Notes: generated by a model not told the origin, from the letters alone. 64,000 bases of DNA from an uncultured Chloroflexia bacterium (GCA_963748625.1 CAVVJT010000007.1:768001-832000), one strand, 5' to 3'; positions 42,275-53,754 are shown, numbered from the stretch's first letter. Made by a program: numbers and translations.

Positions 42275-43141
42275 CTACGGCGCGCTGATCACCGCGAGCT
42301 CGACAGCCTCGCACTGCTCGTAGCCTGCGGGCCGCAGGCCAACCGGCAATCTGTCGACCTCCACGACGCCGCCGGACGCCGCGATCCGCTGCCCGAACGC
42401 CACGTCCCCGATCCCGGCCAGCTGGACGCCATCCTCGGTGACCACTGAGCCGGGCGGCGCGACCAGCGGGAACTCAGCCACGGTCACGCAGCCCTGCGGC
42501 GAGATCCCCAAGCACCCCGGAGACGTTGGCCTCCATGGATGCGCCGCCGGCGGCACGCGAGACCAAGAGGGTCGCGGGCGGCGACCCTTGCGAGGACCCG
42601 GGCGGCGAGGCGGCGACCGGCGTCGGGTCCGGAGGCGGGTCGGAGGGCCCGGAGGCGTCGGGCCCGGAGGCGTCGGGCTGTCGATGGCGGCGCCCGGGTC
42701 GATCCCGGGGGCCGACCCGAGGCCGAGTGTCGCCCGGGTCCCGTCCCAGCTGACGGGAACCCTGACTGCGTCGGGGCCATCGGGGGTCATCGCCGTGATC
42801 ACCACGTCGATTGCCTGGCCGCCCCATTCATCCGGCCCCCACGCGACGCGGACGTCCCGCCAGGGGCGACCGCCGTGGGCGGCGAGGAGCGCCGCGATGT
42901 CGTCCGTCGGATCCACCACAGGGTCCGTCATGGCGGCGATCGCCTGGGCATCGTTCCGCTGCACCGCCCCAATGAACGACGCGACCAGGGCCTCTCGCTC
43001 GGCCTGGCCCCGAGGAGCCGGCGATGCGCCGGGGAGCATCGAGCAGCCCGCGACCGCCACGACGAGCGCGGCCAACGCGAGGAGCGCAGCCAAGGAGGAG
43101 CGCGACGAGCCGCGTTGGCCCCGGCCCGACCTCATGCTCAT
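42275..43141 (-). CDS. Hypothetical lipoprotein (probably two compensating frameshifts)
   Basis: Lipobox VAGC; central 42510-42680 reads more plausibly in an alternate frame. Confidence 0.6.
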   Translation of the reverse strand: MSMRSGRGQRGSSRSSLAALLALAALVVAVAGCSMLPGASPAPRGQAEREALVASFIGAVQRNDAQAIAAMTDPVVDPTDDIAALLAAHGGRPWRDVRVAWGPDEWGGQAIDVVITAMTPDGPDAVRVPVSWDGTRATLGLGSAPGIDPGAAIDSPTPPGPTPPGPPTRLRTRRRSPPRRPGPRKGRRPRPSWSRVPPAAHPWRPTSPGCLGISPQGCVTVAEFPLVAPPGSVVTEDGVQLAGIGDVAFGQRIAASGGVVEVDRLPVGLRPAGYEQCEAVELAVISAP

Positions 43142-43521
43142 GTGTCGCCCCGGCGGAGGCGCTCGAGCTCGCGCCGCAGACGCTTGCTCGGGCGGCCCTC
43201 GCCTCTGACGGCCATGATCCCCGGCCGGACCTCGACGGGCACCACGGGCGGGCTGTGGTCCACGTAGCAGGTCGCGGCGACGGCGGCGCCGACACGCGAC
43301 TCGATCGGCCGTACGACCTCGACGACGCGCTCGCGATCCGCGATGCGGGCCTCCACCCGATCGCCCGCGCGGACCTTCGTCGACGGCTTCGCCTGCAGCC
43401 CGTTGACCCGGACATGGCCGGCCTCGCACAGCCCGGTCGCGGCAGGGCGGGTCTTCGCGAGGCGCACCGCCGTCAGCCAGCGATCGATACGCGTCTCACC
43501 GGCAGCGTGGGGATCGGTCAC
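43138..43521 (-). CDS. RNA-binding S4 domain protein (Hsp15-like)
   Basis: RIDRWL.AVRL.KTR..A...C..GHV.VNG and GRPSKR.RR motifs. Confidence 0.92.
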   Translation of the reverse strand: MTDPHAAGETRIDRWLTAVRLAKTRPAATGLCEAGHVRVNGLQAKPSTKVRAGDRVEARIADRERVVEVVRPIESRVGAAVAATCYVDHSPPVVPVEVRPGIMAVRGEGRPSKRLRRELERLRRGDT

Positions 43522-46500
43522 GCGTCCTGCTCAGCCTTTGCGGCCCCCGCCGGCGTGGATCGACCCGCTGGCAGGGGTGGGGCGCTGGCCGCCGCTCCCT
43601 CCAGCCCGTATCCGCCCGTGGTCTCGGGGACGAGGCCAAGACGCACCGCGATCGCTGCGATCTCCGCGCGGCCGTTCGCTCCGAACTTCGACTTGATGTT
43701 CGACACGTGCACGCTGGCCGTCTTCTCGCTGATGAACAGGTCGGTGGCGATCTCCCGGTTCGTGCGCCCGGTCGTGAGCCGCTCGAGGACGTCCTGCTCG
43801 CGCCGTGTCAGCCGGAATGGGACTGCACGGCCGGCAGGCGCAACGGCCGAGGTTCGCTCGGACGCCACAGGCCGGGCCTTGAAGTCGAGCCGGGACCGCG
43901 CGGCCAGCCGTTCGATCTCCCGCTGGAGGGGCACGGCTCCCAGGTCGGACGCGATCCGGTGCGCCTCCTCCGCAGCGGCCTGCGCGGCGTGCCGAGACCC
44001 GCGTGCGAGCAGGATTGCCTCGGCCTGGCGGAATCGGCTGTAGGCAGCCTCGTGGGGATGCTGGAGCTGTTCAGCCGCGGCCGCCGCGACGGCCCACGCG
44101 GCAGCGCTCGGGCGACCCTCGAGCCGGCTCAGCTCGGCCTTGCCCAGTGCCGCGTCGAGGGCCAGGTGTGGGTCGCCTCCACCACGCAATGCGCGTACGA
44201 GCTGCGCGTGACGATCGAGCCGTTCGGCGAACTCGCGTCCGATCGCGAGCGCCTGGTCCAACCCAGCCGCATCGCCGAGTGGACGAGCCACCTCGGCGAG
44301 GTCTGCCGCAGCCCGGATCGCCAGGCGATGGCACACGCGCATGTGGACGTCGCGCTCCGGCTCGGCCGAGCGCGCCAGGCTCTCCCTCACGGAGTCGATG
44401 GCTTCGGACGGCTGCCCGCGCGCGATCGACAGCAGGGCGATGCTGGAGTACAGGTCGGTCCATCCATAGGCGGTTGCGGTGAATGCCTTGCACATCAGCA
44501 GCACGATCTCGAGGTGTTCGGCGGCCGAGTCCAAGCGGCCGCGTCCCAGGTCGAGAAGCGCCTGGGCGCCGTGCGCCAGGACGCCGTGCGATCCCACAGG
44601 ATCGCGCTCGAGGGCGCCCGAGATCCAGTCGTCCGCCTCCGGCCAGCGCCCGAGGAGGAAGGCCGAAACACCCCTGATCGCTCGCAGAGCGCCCCCGTAT
44701 CCCTCCGCTCCCCACCGGCCGCTCTCGGCGATCCCCTCCTCGGCCACGTGACAGGCCTCATCCAGGTCTCCCGCCCAGTGGAGTGCCAGCGCGAGCTCGA
44801 TGGAGATCTCAGCCGCCCCGGTGACATCCCCCACGGAGCGCGCCAGGCCCAGCGCCTCGCGCAGGGTGCGAACTCCCGAGTCCGCTTCGCCAACCGCCGC
44901 GGCGTTGCGCCCGATGCAGCCCAGTGCGCGAATCTCCGCTGCGGCCGAGCCAGCCGCCCGGGCGGTTGACAGGGCCTCCTGGGCGATGCGGTTCGACTCA
45001 CTGAAATGGCACTTCAGCCCAAGCGCCTGGGCCAGGACGCCCAGTACCTGGGCGCGCGCGACCGACGGAGGGTCGACCGGCAGAAGGTCCAGCGCTCGAA
45101 GCGCCACCGGCTGTGCCGCGTCGGGATTGCCTGAGCCGAGGTGATAGACGGCGAGCCGTTCGAGCAGGGCCCCGGTGCGCAACTGGTCCGGCTCGACGAA
45201 GGGCTCGGCGCCGAGCGCTGCCTGCACCAGCTCGATTGCGGGGCGATACGCCCCGGACAGGGCGGCTGCCTCGGCGGTACGCATCGTCAGCTCATGGCGC
45301 GTCAGCCCTCCGACGGGCTCGGTGGAGGTGGGCCACAGGCTCAAGGCGAGGTGGTAGTGCGCAAATGCATTGCCGAAGGCGAACATCCGCTCCGCCGCCC
45401 AACCGGCGCGCAACAAGGCCGGCAGCGCCTGGCGCGCGTCGCGTGCCTCGTACCAGTGATGCGCCAGCTCGGAGGCCACCGCCGCATCGACGTCGGAACC
45501 GGCATGCACCGTTTCGACTGCCGCGGCCACCGCCGCATGGAGCGCCAGTCGCTCACCTGGCAGCAGCTCGTCGTAGACCGCTTCGCGAACGAGGCCGTGG
45601 CGGAACTGCATGACCTCATCGTCGCCAGCCAGCAGCAGGTAGCGATCGATTGCTTCTCGCAGTGCCCCGGCCATCTCGGCTGGCTCCATCCGGGTGACGA
45701 TCGCCAGGACGTCGTGCCTCGCGGATTGGCCGGCCACGGCGACCACGCGCAGGATGTGTCGCGAGGCGGTCGACAGGCCGCCGATTCGCGCCAGCAGGGT
45801 CTCCCGGAGGGTAAGCCCCAGGCGCTGCTCTCCCCGTGCTCTCTCCGCTGCTCCACGGCGAGCAGCTCCTCGGTGAAGAACGCGTTGCCTCCGCCGCGCT
45901 CGTGGAGGCGGGTGACGAGGGCTCGGTCTGGGGGACTGCCGAGGATCCCCGCGAGCTGGTCATGGACCTCGCTCGGCGTGAACGGGACGAGCTCGATGCG
46001 CTCCACCTGTCCAGTGCGGCCCAGCTCGGCGAGCAGGGTGAGGAACGGATGGCGCTCATTGAGCTCGTCGGTGCGATAGGTGCCGATCAGCACCACGCGA
46101 CCGTGCGTGAGGTTCCGCACCAGGAACCGCAGCATGTCGCGGGTCGATCGATCCGACCAGTGCAGGTCCTCCAGCACGATCACGGTGACCGCGTCCGCGG
46201 CGATGCGCTCGATCAGGCCGAGCACCTGGAGGTAGAGGGTGGACTGGGTGGAGGACGTGAATGTGTCGGAAACGGCCTCGCCGTCGCTGCCGGTCTCGAG
46301 GTCGGGGATCAGCTGCTGGACGGCAGATCGGGCGGGCCCGACGATGCGGTTGAACTCCTCGGAAGGCAGGGCCTTCAACCATGGACGCAGCGCAGCGACG
46401 AGTGGGTCATACGGTCGCGCACCGTCTCCGAGATCAACACAAGCACCCCCGAGGAAGCGGAGTCCGGCGGCCTCAGCACCCGCTCGAAGCTCCGCAAGCA

Positions 46501-46642
46501 GACGGGTCTTGCCGACGCCGGCCTCGCCCCCGACGATGACCGTGCCGACAACCCCCGACCTGGCACCTTCCAGCACGGCCTGCAGCCGTCGGAGCTCCTC
46601 GCCGCGTCCGACGAACACGGGGCTCGCGATGCGTGCGGTCAT
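43518..46642 (-). CDS. Large LuxR-family regulator with AAA ATPase, TPR-like and C-terminal HTH domains (frameshift near 45815)
   Basis: GEAGVGKT, LEDLHW, GGNAFFTEEL in the upstream frame; FRHGLVREAVY and LTRRE..VL...NREIA..LFISEKTASVHVSNI downstream. Confidence 0.88.
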
Positions 46643-46797
46643 CGGGCGATTATCGCGGTCCTCGGCGAGTGAAATCCCCGCCATCATGGGCCGGCCTAGG
46701 CACCCCTCGGCGGAGAAATCCGAGGGATCGCCCCATTGCGGCCGGTTGCCACGGGGGTCTACCCTCCGCGCAACCCGCGAGCGAACGGAGGAGCAGG

Positions 46798-47046
46798 ATG
46801 GATGCATCAAGCGCCCCGGAACCGGACGTTCTCATGGACCTTGTCGGGCAGGCCTGTTCGACGTTGACCCCGCTCATCGCATCCCGGATGCGCCAGCTGA
46901 GCACCGGCCAGGTCCTGGAGGTCATCTCCGACGACCCGACGGCGCGAAGCGGCCTGGCTTCGTGGTCGAGGTTGACTGGCAATCCCATCGTGGCCATTGT
47001 CGAAGACGGGCCGGGGCGGACACGCTACTACCTGCGTCGGAAGTAG
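46798..47046 (+). CDS. TusA/SirA family sulfurtransferase
   Basis: GGAGGAG RBS; DLVGQAC...GQVLEVISDDP motif. Confidence 0.85.
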   Translation: MDASSAPEPDVLMDLVGQACSTLTPLIASRMRQLSTGQVLEVISDDPTARSGLASWSRLTGNPIVAIVEDGPGRTRYYLRRK

Positions 47047-47064
47047 TCCTGGAGGAGCAGACAG

Positions 47065-47424
47065 ATGCCGCGGTTCATGGCGCAAGCCACACACGGGCGC
47101 GAGGACCCGGAGCGAGCGACGCTGCCGTTCATCGTCGCGAATGTCGCCGCATCGGCGGATCAGGAGACCATCGTGCTGCTCACGATCGATGGCGTGTGGC
47201 TGGCGACGCAGGGTTACGCGGATGACATCCACCACGAGGGCATGCAGCCGCTCCGCGAGGTCATTGCGTCGCTGCTGGACAGCGGCGGGCAGATCTGGGC
47301 GTGCGGCGCCTGCACCAAGCCGCGGGGCATCACCGACGAGCACCTGATCGCCGGCGCGCGGATCATCTCCGCGGCGGACGTCGTTGCCGAGCTCGCGGAC
47401 GGGACCCCGCTCTACACCTGCTGA
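47065..47424 (+). CDS. DsrE family protein
   Basis: THG.EDPERATLPF, DGVW, WACGAC..RGI motifs. Confidence 0.88.
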   Translation: MPRFMAQATHGREDPERATLPFIVANVAASADQETIVLLTIDGVWLATQGYADDIHHEGMQPLREVIASLLDSGGQIWACGACTKPRGITDEHLIAGARIISAADVVAELADGTPLYTC

Positions 47425-47558
47425 CGCGTCGACCAGGAAATGAGGCAAACCGGGCTCGTCGCCTAAGGACTGGGCCGATGCGGTCGGACCACGCTTAGGC
47501 CCACCCTTCTCCGTGACTCGCGGGACAGATGCCCCGCCACCAGCAGAGGAGAAGGGGA

Positions 47559-48518
47559 ATGACTCGACACAGCTCGGCCCAGGCCGGCGGGGCACGCCTG
47601 CGAGGACTGCGGGCATCGGCGTCCACGGTCGGCGCGGTCCTCCTCGTGGCAGCCAGCGTGGTCCCGGCCATGGCTGACGGGCCGACCGAGTACTCCGCCT
47701 GGGGCGCGCCCACGGCCGTGGCCGAGGCGAACACGGCCGCCCACGACGGCTGCCCGATCGAATCACCGAACGGCAGGAAGCTGTACGTCGCCTCGACGCG
47801 AGCAGGCGGATTCGGGAAGAACGACATCTGGGTCGCCGAGCGCCCGAACAAGCGCTCGGCATGGGGGCCGATGACGAACCTCGGCTCCGCGATCAACACC
47901 GGGGACCAGGAGTTCTGCCCAACCCCGCTTCGCGGAGGCCGGCTGCTGTTCGTCTCGGATCGCGCGGCCTGTGGCGCGACTCCGGGGATGACGCCACCCG
48001 TCGGCGACATGTACATCACCCGGCAGCGCCGGGGCGGAACGTGGACGACGCCACGGAACCTCGGCTGCGTCTCCGACGGAACCGGACCCAACTTCTCGGG
48101 TGGTGAGTTCGGGCCGTCGCTGGTCGCCATCCGGGGTGTGAGATACCTGTACTTCTCGAGCACCGGAACGAGCGGGAACCACGACATCTACCGAAGCCGC
48201 CAGGGCCGCGACGGAACGTTCGGGACGCCAGAGGCCGTGGCGGAGCTCAACAGCACCGCCGTGGACCAGATGCCGAACGTCAGCCGTGACGGGACCGAGA
48301 TCGTGTTCGCGTCGAGTCGGGGCGGGAACATGGACATCTGGACCGCGACACTCGACCGGTCAACCGGACGATGGTCGAGCCCGGTTCCGGTCGCGGCCGT
48401 CAACACCGCGGAGCCGGAGTCGCGTCCGTCGCTCTCGGGGGACGGCGTTCGCCTGTACTTCGGCCGTGGAGCGACCGCCGATGTCTACGTCAGCACCCGG
48501 ATCAAGCTGGACGACTGA
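47559..48518 (+). CDS. Secreted PD40/WD40-like beta-propeller protein
   Basis: Signal peptide; repeated P..S.DG..LYF.S.R...DIW units. Confidence 0.85.
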   Translation: MTRHSSAQAGGARLRGLRASASTVGAVLLVAASVVPAMADGPTEYSAWGAPTAVAEANTAAHDGCPIESPNGRKLYVASTRAGGFGKNDIWVAERPNKRSAWGPMTNLGSAINTGDQEFCPTPLRGGRLLFVSDRAACGATPGMTPPVGDMYITRQRRGGTWTTPRNLGCVSDGTGPNFSGGEFGPSLVAIRGVRYLYFSSTGTSGNHDIYRSRQGRDGTFGTPEAVAELNSTAVDQMPNVSRDGTEIVFASSRGGNMDIWTATLDRSTGRWSSPVPVAAVNTAEPESRPSLSGDGVRLYFGRGATADVYVSTRIKLDD

Positions 48519-48673
48519 GAAGGCAAACCGGCACGGACCAGCTCCCTCACCGCTGCACGAAGGCCGCCGGATCCCAATCCGGTGGCCTTCCCATGTGGCT
48601 CAGGCGGGAGCCTGGTGGCGGCAGTCCAGTTCGCGCGCAGGCTGAGTTGCAGGCGGGGGGAGGACCGCGTCCA

Positions 48674-49327
48674 TCAGCGGTCGGGGTCGGAGGCCGTGCC
48701 CATCCCCTCTCGGGCGGCCAGCAGCGCCGCTTCCACGCGGCTGCGCACCTGCAGCTTGCCCAGGATGTTCGTCATGTAGTGCTTGATGGTCTTCTCGGCC
48801 AGGCCCAGCCGGTCGCCGATCTCCTGGTTGCCGAGGCCGGACGCCACCAGCTCCAGGACCTCGCGCTCCCGGACCGTGAGCTCGTCCAGGGGCGACGTCC
48901 GGGGCTTGGACATCTCGCGCAGGAGCCCCCAGGCCAGGGCGGGCGCAACGTACACCTGGCCGGCGTGGACCGAGCGGATGATGCCCGCCAGCTCCATCGC
49001 CCCGGCGCCCTTGAGGACATAGCCGGACGCCCCGGCCTTCATCGCCGCCAAGATGTCGTCCTCGTCCTCGGACACGGTCAGCATCACCACCCGCGTGGCC
49101 GGGCAGGCGACCGCGATGTCGCGGGCGGCGTTGAGACCCCCGCCCGGCATGGCGATATCCAGCAGGACCACGTCGGGGAGGTGCTCACGGGCGAGCCGCA
49201 GCGCCTCGGCTGCGTCACCGGCCTGCGCCACCACGTCAAGGTCGTCCGTGGCACCCAGCGATGCCACAACGCCGGCCCGGAACATCGGGTGATCGTCGGC
49301 CACCACCAGGCGGATCGTGTCGGTCAC
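48674..49327 (-). CDS. NarL/LuxR family response regulator
   Basis: ADDH, LLDIAMP, GYVLK motifs and LuxR HTH. Confidence 0.95.
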   Translation of the reverse strand: MTDTIRLVVADDHPMFRAGVVASLGATDDLDVVAQAGDAAEALRLAREHLPDVVLLDIAMPGGGLNAARDIAVACPATRVVMLTVSEDEDDILAAMKAGASGYVLKGAGAMELAGIIRSVHAGQVYVAPALAWGLLREMSKPRTSPLDELTVREREVLELVASGLGNQEIGDRLGLAEKTIKHYMTNILGKLQVRSRVEAALLAAREGMGTASDPDR

Positions 49328-50796
49328 GCGTCACCTCCATCGGCCGGCACCAATGGCGCGCGGGCCCGGGTCAACGGCCACCGGACCCTGGTCTCCGTCC
49401 CGCTGCCCGGCTGGGACAGGATCTCGAAGTCGCCCCCGAGCAGCTCCGCCTGCTCCCGCATCCCGGCCAGGCCCAGACCCGCCTCGCCCGCGAGCGTCGC
49501 GACATCGAAGCCGGGGCCGCCGTCCTTGACCGTCAGATGGAGGAATTGTCCGTCCGCCTCGAGGTGCAGCCGGACCGCGGCGCCGTGGCCGTGGCGGAAC
49601 GCGTTCGACAGCAACTCCTGCGTCGCGCGGAACAGCGCGATCTTCGTGGACAGCCCGACCTGCTCCGGTACGCTCGCGATCGTCACGGCCACTGCCATCC
49701 CGGTCTGCCGCCTATGGTCGGACACCGCGCGCTCGACGACCTCCCGCACCGGGAGCGGCGCCAGCTCCGGCATGCGGAGGCCGGCCGCGATCGCGCGCAT
49801 GTCACGCAGTGCATCGCGCAGCGCAGTCTCGACCTCGTCCAGCTCCGCCGGCGGCACCGTGCCGCCTGGCTCCGACGTGGTCGCCCTGAGGGCATCGAAC
49901 CGGATCAGGGCCAGGGACATGGTCTGGCCCGGCCCGTCGTGCAGGTCGGCGCTGATCCGGCGCAGGGCCCGCTCGTTCAGCGTCATCGTCCGGTCAGCTG
50001 CCGCACGGACCTTGTCGGACAGGGCAGAGTTCTCCGCAAGGAGTCCTGAGAGCTCCACGACCTGCCGCTCCAGGGCGGACTCCTGTCGGCCGATCTGGTC
50101 GCTGCCCTGCTTCACGATGCCGTACAGGAGCAGCAGCGAGACGCCGATGACCGCCGCCACGAGGCCCCAGGAGAGGAGCCTGGCATCGCGGACCTCGCGG
50201 TCGATCGCGTCGGGCAGCTGGTAGAACTCGACAACAGACGTGATGGCATCCGAGCCGCCCATCCGGACAGGCACGTACATCTCGAGCAGGCGGGACCAGT
50301 ACTTCCTCTCGACCCCGTTCTCGGTGGCCGAGAGGTCGCTGAGGTCCGCGGCAACCTCTCCCCGAAATGCCTCGGCAAGCTCGCCCTGGACGGGGTACGT
50401 GCGCCCGACGTTCTCGTCGATCGACCCGTAGACGATCGTGCCGTCCTGCGACCAGAGCCGCAGCGAGACGACCAGCTCGCCGAGGGAGCCATCCGTGAGG
50501 AGATCGTCGATGGCGTTCCGGCTCTCGTCCGAGAGAACGCCGTCCTCGCCCAAGTCCTGCACGAGGGGCTCGAGGAAGCTCTCGACGTACAGCGCGGTGA
50601 CCGCGGCCGTGCGGTCCACGATGCTCCGTTCGAGCGTGTTGCCGATCCAGACGCCGACCACCGCGCCGGCGACAAGAAGGATGACGAGGTTCGCGGCCAG
50701 GAACCGGCCCGCGAGGGAGAGCCGGGGCTTCCGGCGTCCGGATTCGGTCTGTGCGATGGGGGCGGAGGGGTTCCTGGAGGATGCGGTCGGGGTCAT
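49324..50796 (-). CDS. Sensor histidine kinase (HisKA_3)
   Basis: Two TMs, RISADLHDG, QELLSNA..H, DGGPGF, GLGLAGMRE motifs. Confidence 0.93.
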   Translation of the reverse strand: MTPTASSRNPSAPIAQTESGRRKPRLSLAGRFLAANLVILLVAGAVVGVWIGNTLERSIVDRTAAVTALYVESFLEPLVQDLGEDGVLSDESRNAIDDLLTDGSLGELVVSLRLWSQDGTIVYGSIDENVGRTYPVQGELAEAFRGEVAADLSDLSATENGVERKYWSRLLEMYVPVRMGGSDAITSVVEFYQLPDAIDREVRDARLLSWGLVAAVIGVSLLLLYGIVKQGSDQIGRQESALERQVVELSGLLAENSALSDKVRAAADRTMTLNERALRRISADLHDGPGQTMSLALIRFDALRATTSEPGGTVPPAELDEVETALRDALRDMRAIAAGLRMPELAPLPVREVVERAVSDHRRQTGMAVAVTIASVPEQVGLSTKIALFRATQELLSNAFRHGHGAAVRLHLEADGQFLHLTVKDGGPGFDVATLAGEAGLGLAGMREQAELLGGDFEILSQPGSGTETRVRWPLTRARAPLVPADGGDA

Positions 50797-50856
50797 CGCC
50801 GGTCATCGTACGCGGGCGCGATCGGAGCGGGACACGGGCACGGGTCTGACGCGCCA

Positions 50857-50872
50857 TCGGACCAAGGTCCGA
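50857..50872. promoter_or_regulatory. Palindromic candidate response-regulator binding site
   Basis: tcggacc-aa-ggtccga between the divergent TCS and secreted-protein genes. Confidence 0.5.
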
Positions 50873-51004
50873 AACCGTTCGCGACCACGGCCCGTTCCCG
50901 GATCGGCGCCGCGGCCCGAGGCTGTGCACCAGATCACCGGACACGGCAACACGGGGCAGAAGACCCCGACCGGTCCGGCTCACCAGCCAGCCAGGGAGCC
51001 ACCA

Positions 51005-51421
51005 ATGTCCCGCTTCACCACCCGCCGCATCGGCCGCCTCGCCGCCACGAGCGGCATCGCATCCGCGATCCTCATCGGCGCGCTCGCCGCCCCGGCCGCA
51101 ACCCTCGCCAAGGGCGGCGACGGCGTGCGCGCCACCGGCACCTGCACGATCAACAGCACCTCGAAGATCAAGGCCAAGCTCGACAACGGCCGCATCGAGG
51201 TGGAGTTCGAGGTGGACCAGAACCGCAACAACCGGCTCTGGACTGTCCGCCTCTACGACGACGGCATCCGCGTCTACACCGGCCTCCACCGCACCGTCGC
51301 CCCGAGCGGTTCGTTCTCCGTCAGCCGCCGGATCACCAACCGGGCCGGCACGGACACGATCGTCGCCCGCGCCGTCAACGCCTCGACCGGCGAGGTCTGC
51401 CGCGCGACGGTCAACTTCTAG
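51005..51421 (+). CDS. Small secreted protein with paired Cys
   Basis: GGGAG RBS, signal peptide, strongly biased codon usage. Confidence 0.8.
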   Translation: MSRFTTRRIGRLAATSGIASAILIGALAAPAATLAKGGDGVRATGTCTINSTSKIKAKLDNGRIEVEFEVDQNRNNRLWTVRLYDDGIRVYTGLHRTVAPSGSFSVSRRITNRAGTDTIVARAVNASTGEVCRATVNF

Positions 51422-51721
51422 CGCCTTCCAGCCCCCCGTTCACCGCGCGGGCGGTGGGCCCAAGGTCCACCGCCCGTTTCCGTGTGTCCGCCCGGGCTCG
51501 GTGCGACCGCCGGGCGACCGGGGGACCGACCGGGGGACCGACCGGCTGCCGGTGGCGCTCGTCGTCGTCACCGGGACCGGGCACAACACTCGCAATCAGA
51601 ACCCCAGCGGAGCCCGGCTTGGTCGCCCGTGCGTCAGGCGCGACCGGGCACCACGTCGATGCCGGAGAGCACAAGTTCATACCCGGAGTACAACCCTGCG
51701 TTCACCCCGCGCAGGGGCCGG

Positions 51722-52507
51722 TCAGTCTGGCTCGGGCGCCGCGGGCACGGGGACTTCGCGAGCGATGCGATCGAGGACTGTCTCGTCCTTCCACAGCGGC
51801 ACGCACTCCGGCCGGTCGCGCATGATCGCCACCCGGTCGACGTAGTCCCAGGCCGGATCGACCGCGCCGTACATCGAGACCTTGAACCCACGCCACGCGT
51901 CGCGCTGCACCACGTCGCCCGGGGTGGGCGTCTGCACGCCTCCGGAATCCCAGCCGCTCTCGGGCTCGACACCGCCCCCCGCGTTCCTCGTGAAGTGCTC
52001 GATCACGACGATGGGGTCCTGCGTCGCACTCCGGTACACCTGCTTCCAGCGGACCCACCGCTGGTACCCCTGGACGGGACCGCCGCCCATCTGCGCGCGG
52101 AGCTCCTCACGTTCCTCGTCGGCGATCTCGAGCTTGACGTCTCCCGCGGAGGCGACACACGCCTCGATGGTTGGGCCCTGCGCCTCCGCCGACGGCTGCG
52201 CCACGCTGCTCCCGCCGGGCGGCGCCTCAACGGGGGAGGCCGCGGCGCCCCCGGTCTGGCTACCGCCGGGCTGCACACCACCCGGCTGGACGCCACCTGG
52301 CTGGGCCGGTACAGCCGGGACGTTCTCGGTTGGTGTGGGCGGTGGTCGCAAGTTCGACAGGACGAGGGCGGAGAGAAGGAGTGCGACGACCACCACGCCC
52401 TTGAAGACCCATCGCGAGAAGCGAACCGCGAACGAGCGCGGCATGAACGACTGGACACGTCGATCGGCAGCGTCGCTGTCGGCTTGCGACTGCTCCTCGT
52501 TCGTCAT
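51722..52507 (-). CDS. Hypothetical single-TM protein
   Basis: TM segment, QPGGV repeats, GAGGGG RBS. Confidence 0.6.
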   Translation of the reverse strand: MTNEEQSQADSDAADRRVQSFMPRSFAVRFSRWVFKGVVVVALLLSALVLSNLRPPPTPTENVPAVPAQPGGVQPGGVQPGGSQTGGAAASPVEAPPGGSSVAQPSAEAQGPTIEACVASAGDVKLEIADEEREELRAQMGGGPVQGYQRWVRWKQVYRSATQDPIVVIEHFTRNAGGGVEPESGWDSGGVQTPTPGDVVQRDAWRGFKVSMYGAVDPAWDYVDRVAIMRDRPECVPLWKDETVLDRIAREVPVPAAPEPD

Positions 52508-52964
52508 CGATCGGGCCCCTCGCACCGAAGGCCATCCTGGGCATCACGTCCCGGGCCGCCCACGCGCGGCATCCCGTCCATCGCTCGCCTCCGTCTCCTC
52601 GCGGCGTCCGTGCGTGTCGGGGTCGCCGACGGCCGAGCCAGGCGCCGCCGGTCGCCCGTGGCGGTCGGTCAGCGCGTGGGAAGCGGGGTCGAGTCGCGAG
52701 CCCGGCTCCGAGTCTCAAGGCGCGGCCGTCCGGTGCGGAAGTGCTGATCGGCCGGATTGTCGCCCGATCGAACTGCCGTAGGAGGAGGCGGAACCCCGTG
52801 TTGACCGCCTCGACCGGGCGTTCGACAGACCGCGGGCGTGGACCCCGATCGCCTGGGCCACGACGTCGGACGGTTCGACGCAGATGACCGCTGTCCCGGG
52901 CCTCGTGTCCCGATTCTCTCGCCGCAGGCGACCCAGCGCCAGTGGGACGACGTAGGATTTCGCC

Positions 52965-53678
52965 ATGTCGGCGTTCGTCATCGTTCACGGAGCTTGGGGC
53001 TCGCCAGCCGAGATGGAGCCGGTGGTTGCGCCGTTGGAATCGGCCGGCCACATCGCGATCACCGTCGACCTGCCCTGCGTCGATGCTGGGGCAACCTTGG
53101 AGCAGTACGCCGCTGCCGTGCGGGCCGTCCTCCCCGATGACCCGGCCGACGTCGTGCTGGTCGGTCACTCGTTCGGAGGCTTCACCGTTTCGACCATCGC
53201 CGCGGAACACGTTGGCATGTCGGTGGTGTACGTCGCGGCCTGGGTTCCGCAGCCGGGCGTATCGGTGATCGACCTCTTCCTGGGGCGCGATCCATTCGCG
53301 AACGGTGACCAGGATGCAGGAATCGCAGCCTTCGGCGGATTGGTCGCCAGTGCCGGCGCTGGTCTGTGTGCCCTGGACATCGACCAGCTGGTCGCCACGG
53401 TCGATCCGTCCAGGCAGGACGCGACCCGCTTGTATCTCGAGCAGACACAGCGTCCGCAGGGCATCGCCGCCCTGCGCGAGAAGTGGAGCGGCGATCTGCC
53501 GACCTCCGGCCGCCGCACCTACGTCGTGACCACCGCCGACACGCTGGTGCCGCCGGAGGCCCAACGGGCGATGGCCGCATCCGTAGGCGCTGATGTCGTT
53601 GAGATCGACACGGGTCACTCGCCCTTCGGCGAGCAGCCCACCCGCCTTGCCGAGCTGTTGGTCGCCGCCAGCCGCTGA
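52965..53678 (+). CDS. Alpha/beta hydrolase (Abhydrolase_6-like)
   Basis: VHGAW, GHSFG, TGHSPF motifs. Confidence 0.9.
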   Translation: MSAFVIVHGAWGSPAEMEPVVAPLESAGHIAITVDLPCVDAGATLEQYAAAVRAVLPDDPADVVLVGHSFGGFTVSTIAAEHVGMSVVYVAAWVPQPGVSVIDLFLGRDPFANGDQDAGIAAFGGLVASAGAGLCALDIDQLVATVDPSRQDATRLYLEQTQRPQGIAALREKWSGDLPTSGRRTYVVTTADTLVPPEAQRAMAASVGADVVEIDTGHSPFGEQPTRLAELLVAASR

Positions 53679-53754
53679 TCGTGCATTCCCCGCAAGCAGA
53701 CGGAGGATCCTGCAACGTGACCTCTCTCGCCCGCGCTCGCTCGCGGAATCAAGC

